DNA of 64,000 bases from Hamiltosporidium tvaerminnensis FI-OER-3-3 (lineage: Eukaryota; Fungi; Microsporidia): the NCBI GenBank assembly GCA_022605425.2, contig JAKIMF020000001.1, positions 744,001 through 808,000 of the forward strand, given 5' to 3'. Position 1 is the first letter of the stretch. Each line of letters opens with the position of its first letter. Below, piece after piece: positions 63,663 through 64,000 of this stretch. Below the pieces are notes generated by a model. It saw only the letters and a program-made list of their open reading frames with translations. It was not told the DNA's origin and did no database searches. Both the position numbers and the translations under genes were made by a program.

Positions 63663-63890
63663 TCCTCCATTCATCCTTGGCACTACAGCCTTGTGCGAGC
63701 CTTGGCCTCCTTTAGTAATAACGTACACCGGTCTTTTTCCAGTAGGTTTGTTTACTTACTAGGTTTCGTAACAGGCAATTTTAAAGGGTGGGTTGTTGGC
63801 CCTACGCTTAATCCCAAGATGAAGTACCAGTCACTTTTAGTTGTCTCTTACGACAAGCAGATAATACTCGAAGCATTCTGCTTCTGGAAT
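63663..63890 (-). mobile_element. ~228-nt bipartite RTE-derived non-autonomous element (RTE 5' UTR fused to RTE 3' end)
   Basis: Reverse complement: tatctgcttgtcgtaagagacaactaaaag...gggccaacaacccaccc...gttacgaaacc joined to gaggccaaggctcgcacaaggctgtagtgccaagg; imperfect 13-bp TSD at 63650-63662 / 63891-63903. Confidence 0.75.
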
Positions 63891-64000
63891 ATAGTTTCAT
63901 AATAGTTAACTTATTCGGGTTTAGCCTGATTGAATAATTCTAAATTAAATAAGTGTCTAGATAGCTTAAATGAATTATTATTTTAGTTATACTTGGTGTC

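Overview
Very AT-rich, gene-sparse eukaryotic DNA, most consistent with a large-genome microsporidian: CCC/GGG motifs lie just upstream of ATGs, RPS4 has a 30-nt GTAAGT...CTAAT...TAG intron right after its ATG, and housekeeping proteins are compact and divergent. About 12 host genes: NTH1, RPS4, UBC8-type E2, CAF1/POP2, RPL4, a membrane-anchored macrodomain protein, a classical PTP, PHF5A/RDS3, a Rab5-family GTPase and three hypotheticals. The rest is largely non-LTR retroelements: one intact and one disrupted R4/Dong-like RT-RLE LINE (both with essentially no 5' UTR), several decayed copies, a decayed RTE, and a probable third zinc-finger LINE. Several non-autonomous families are also present. 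The most striking is a ~720-nt non-coding retroposon with predicted strong RNA structure and no tRNA-like head (family A, 7 copies, ~8% of the window, TSDs on two copies). Its ~100-nt 5' head is shared with a ~220-nt family B that ends in an RTE-type (TAAG)n tail. All assignments come from reading the sequence by eye; no searches or folding were run.
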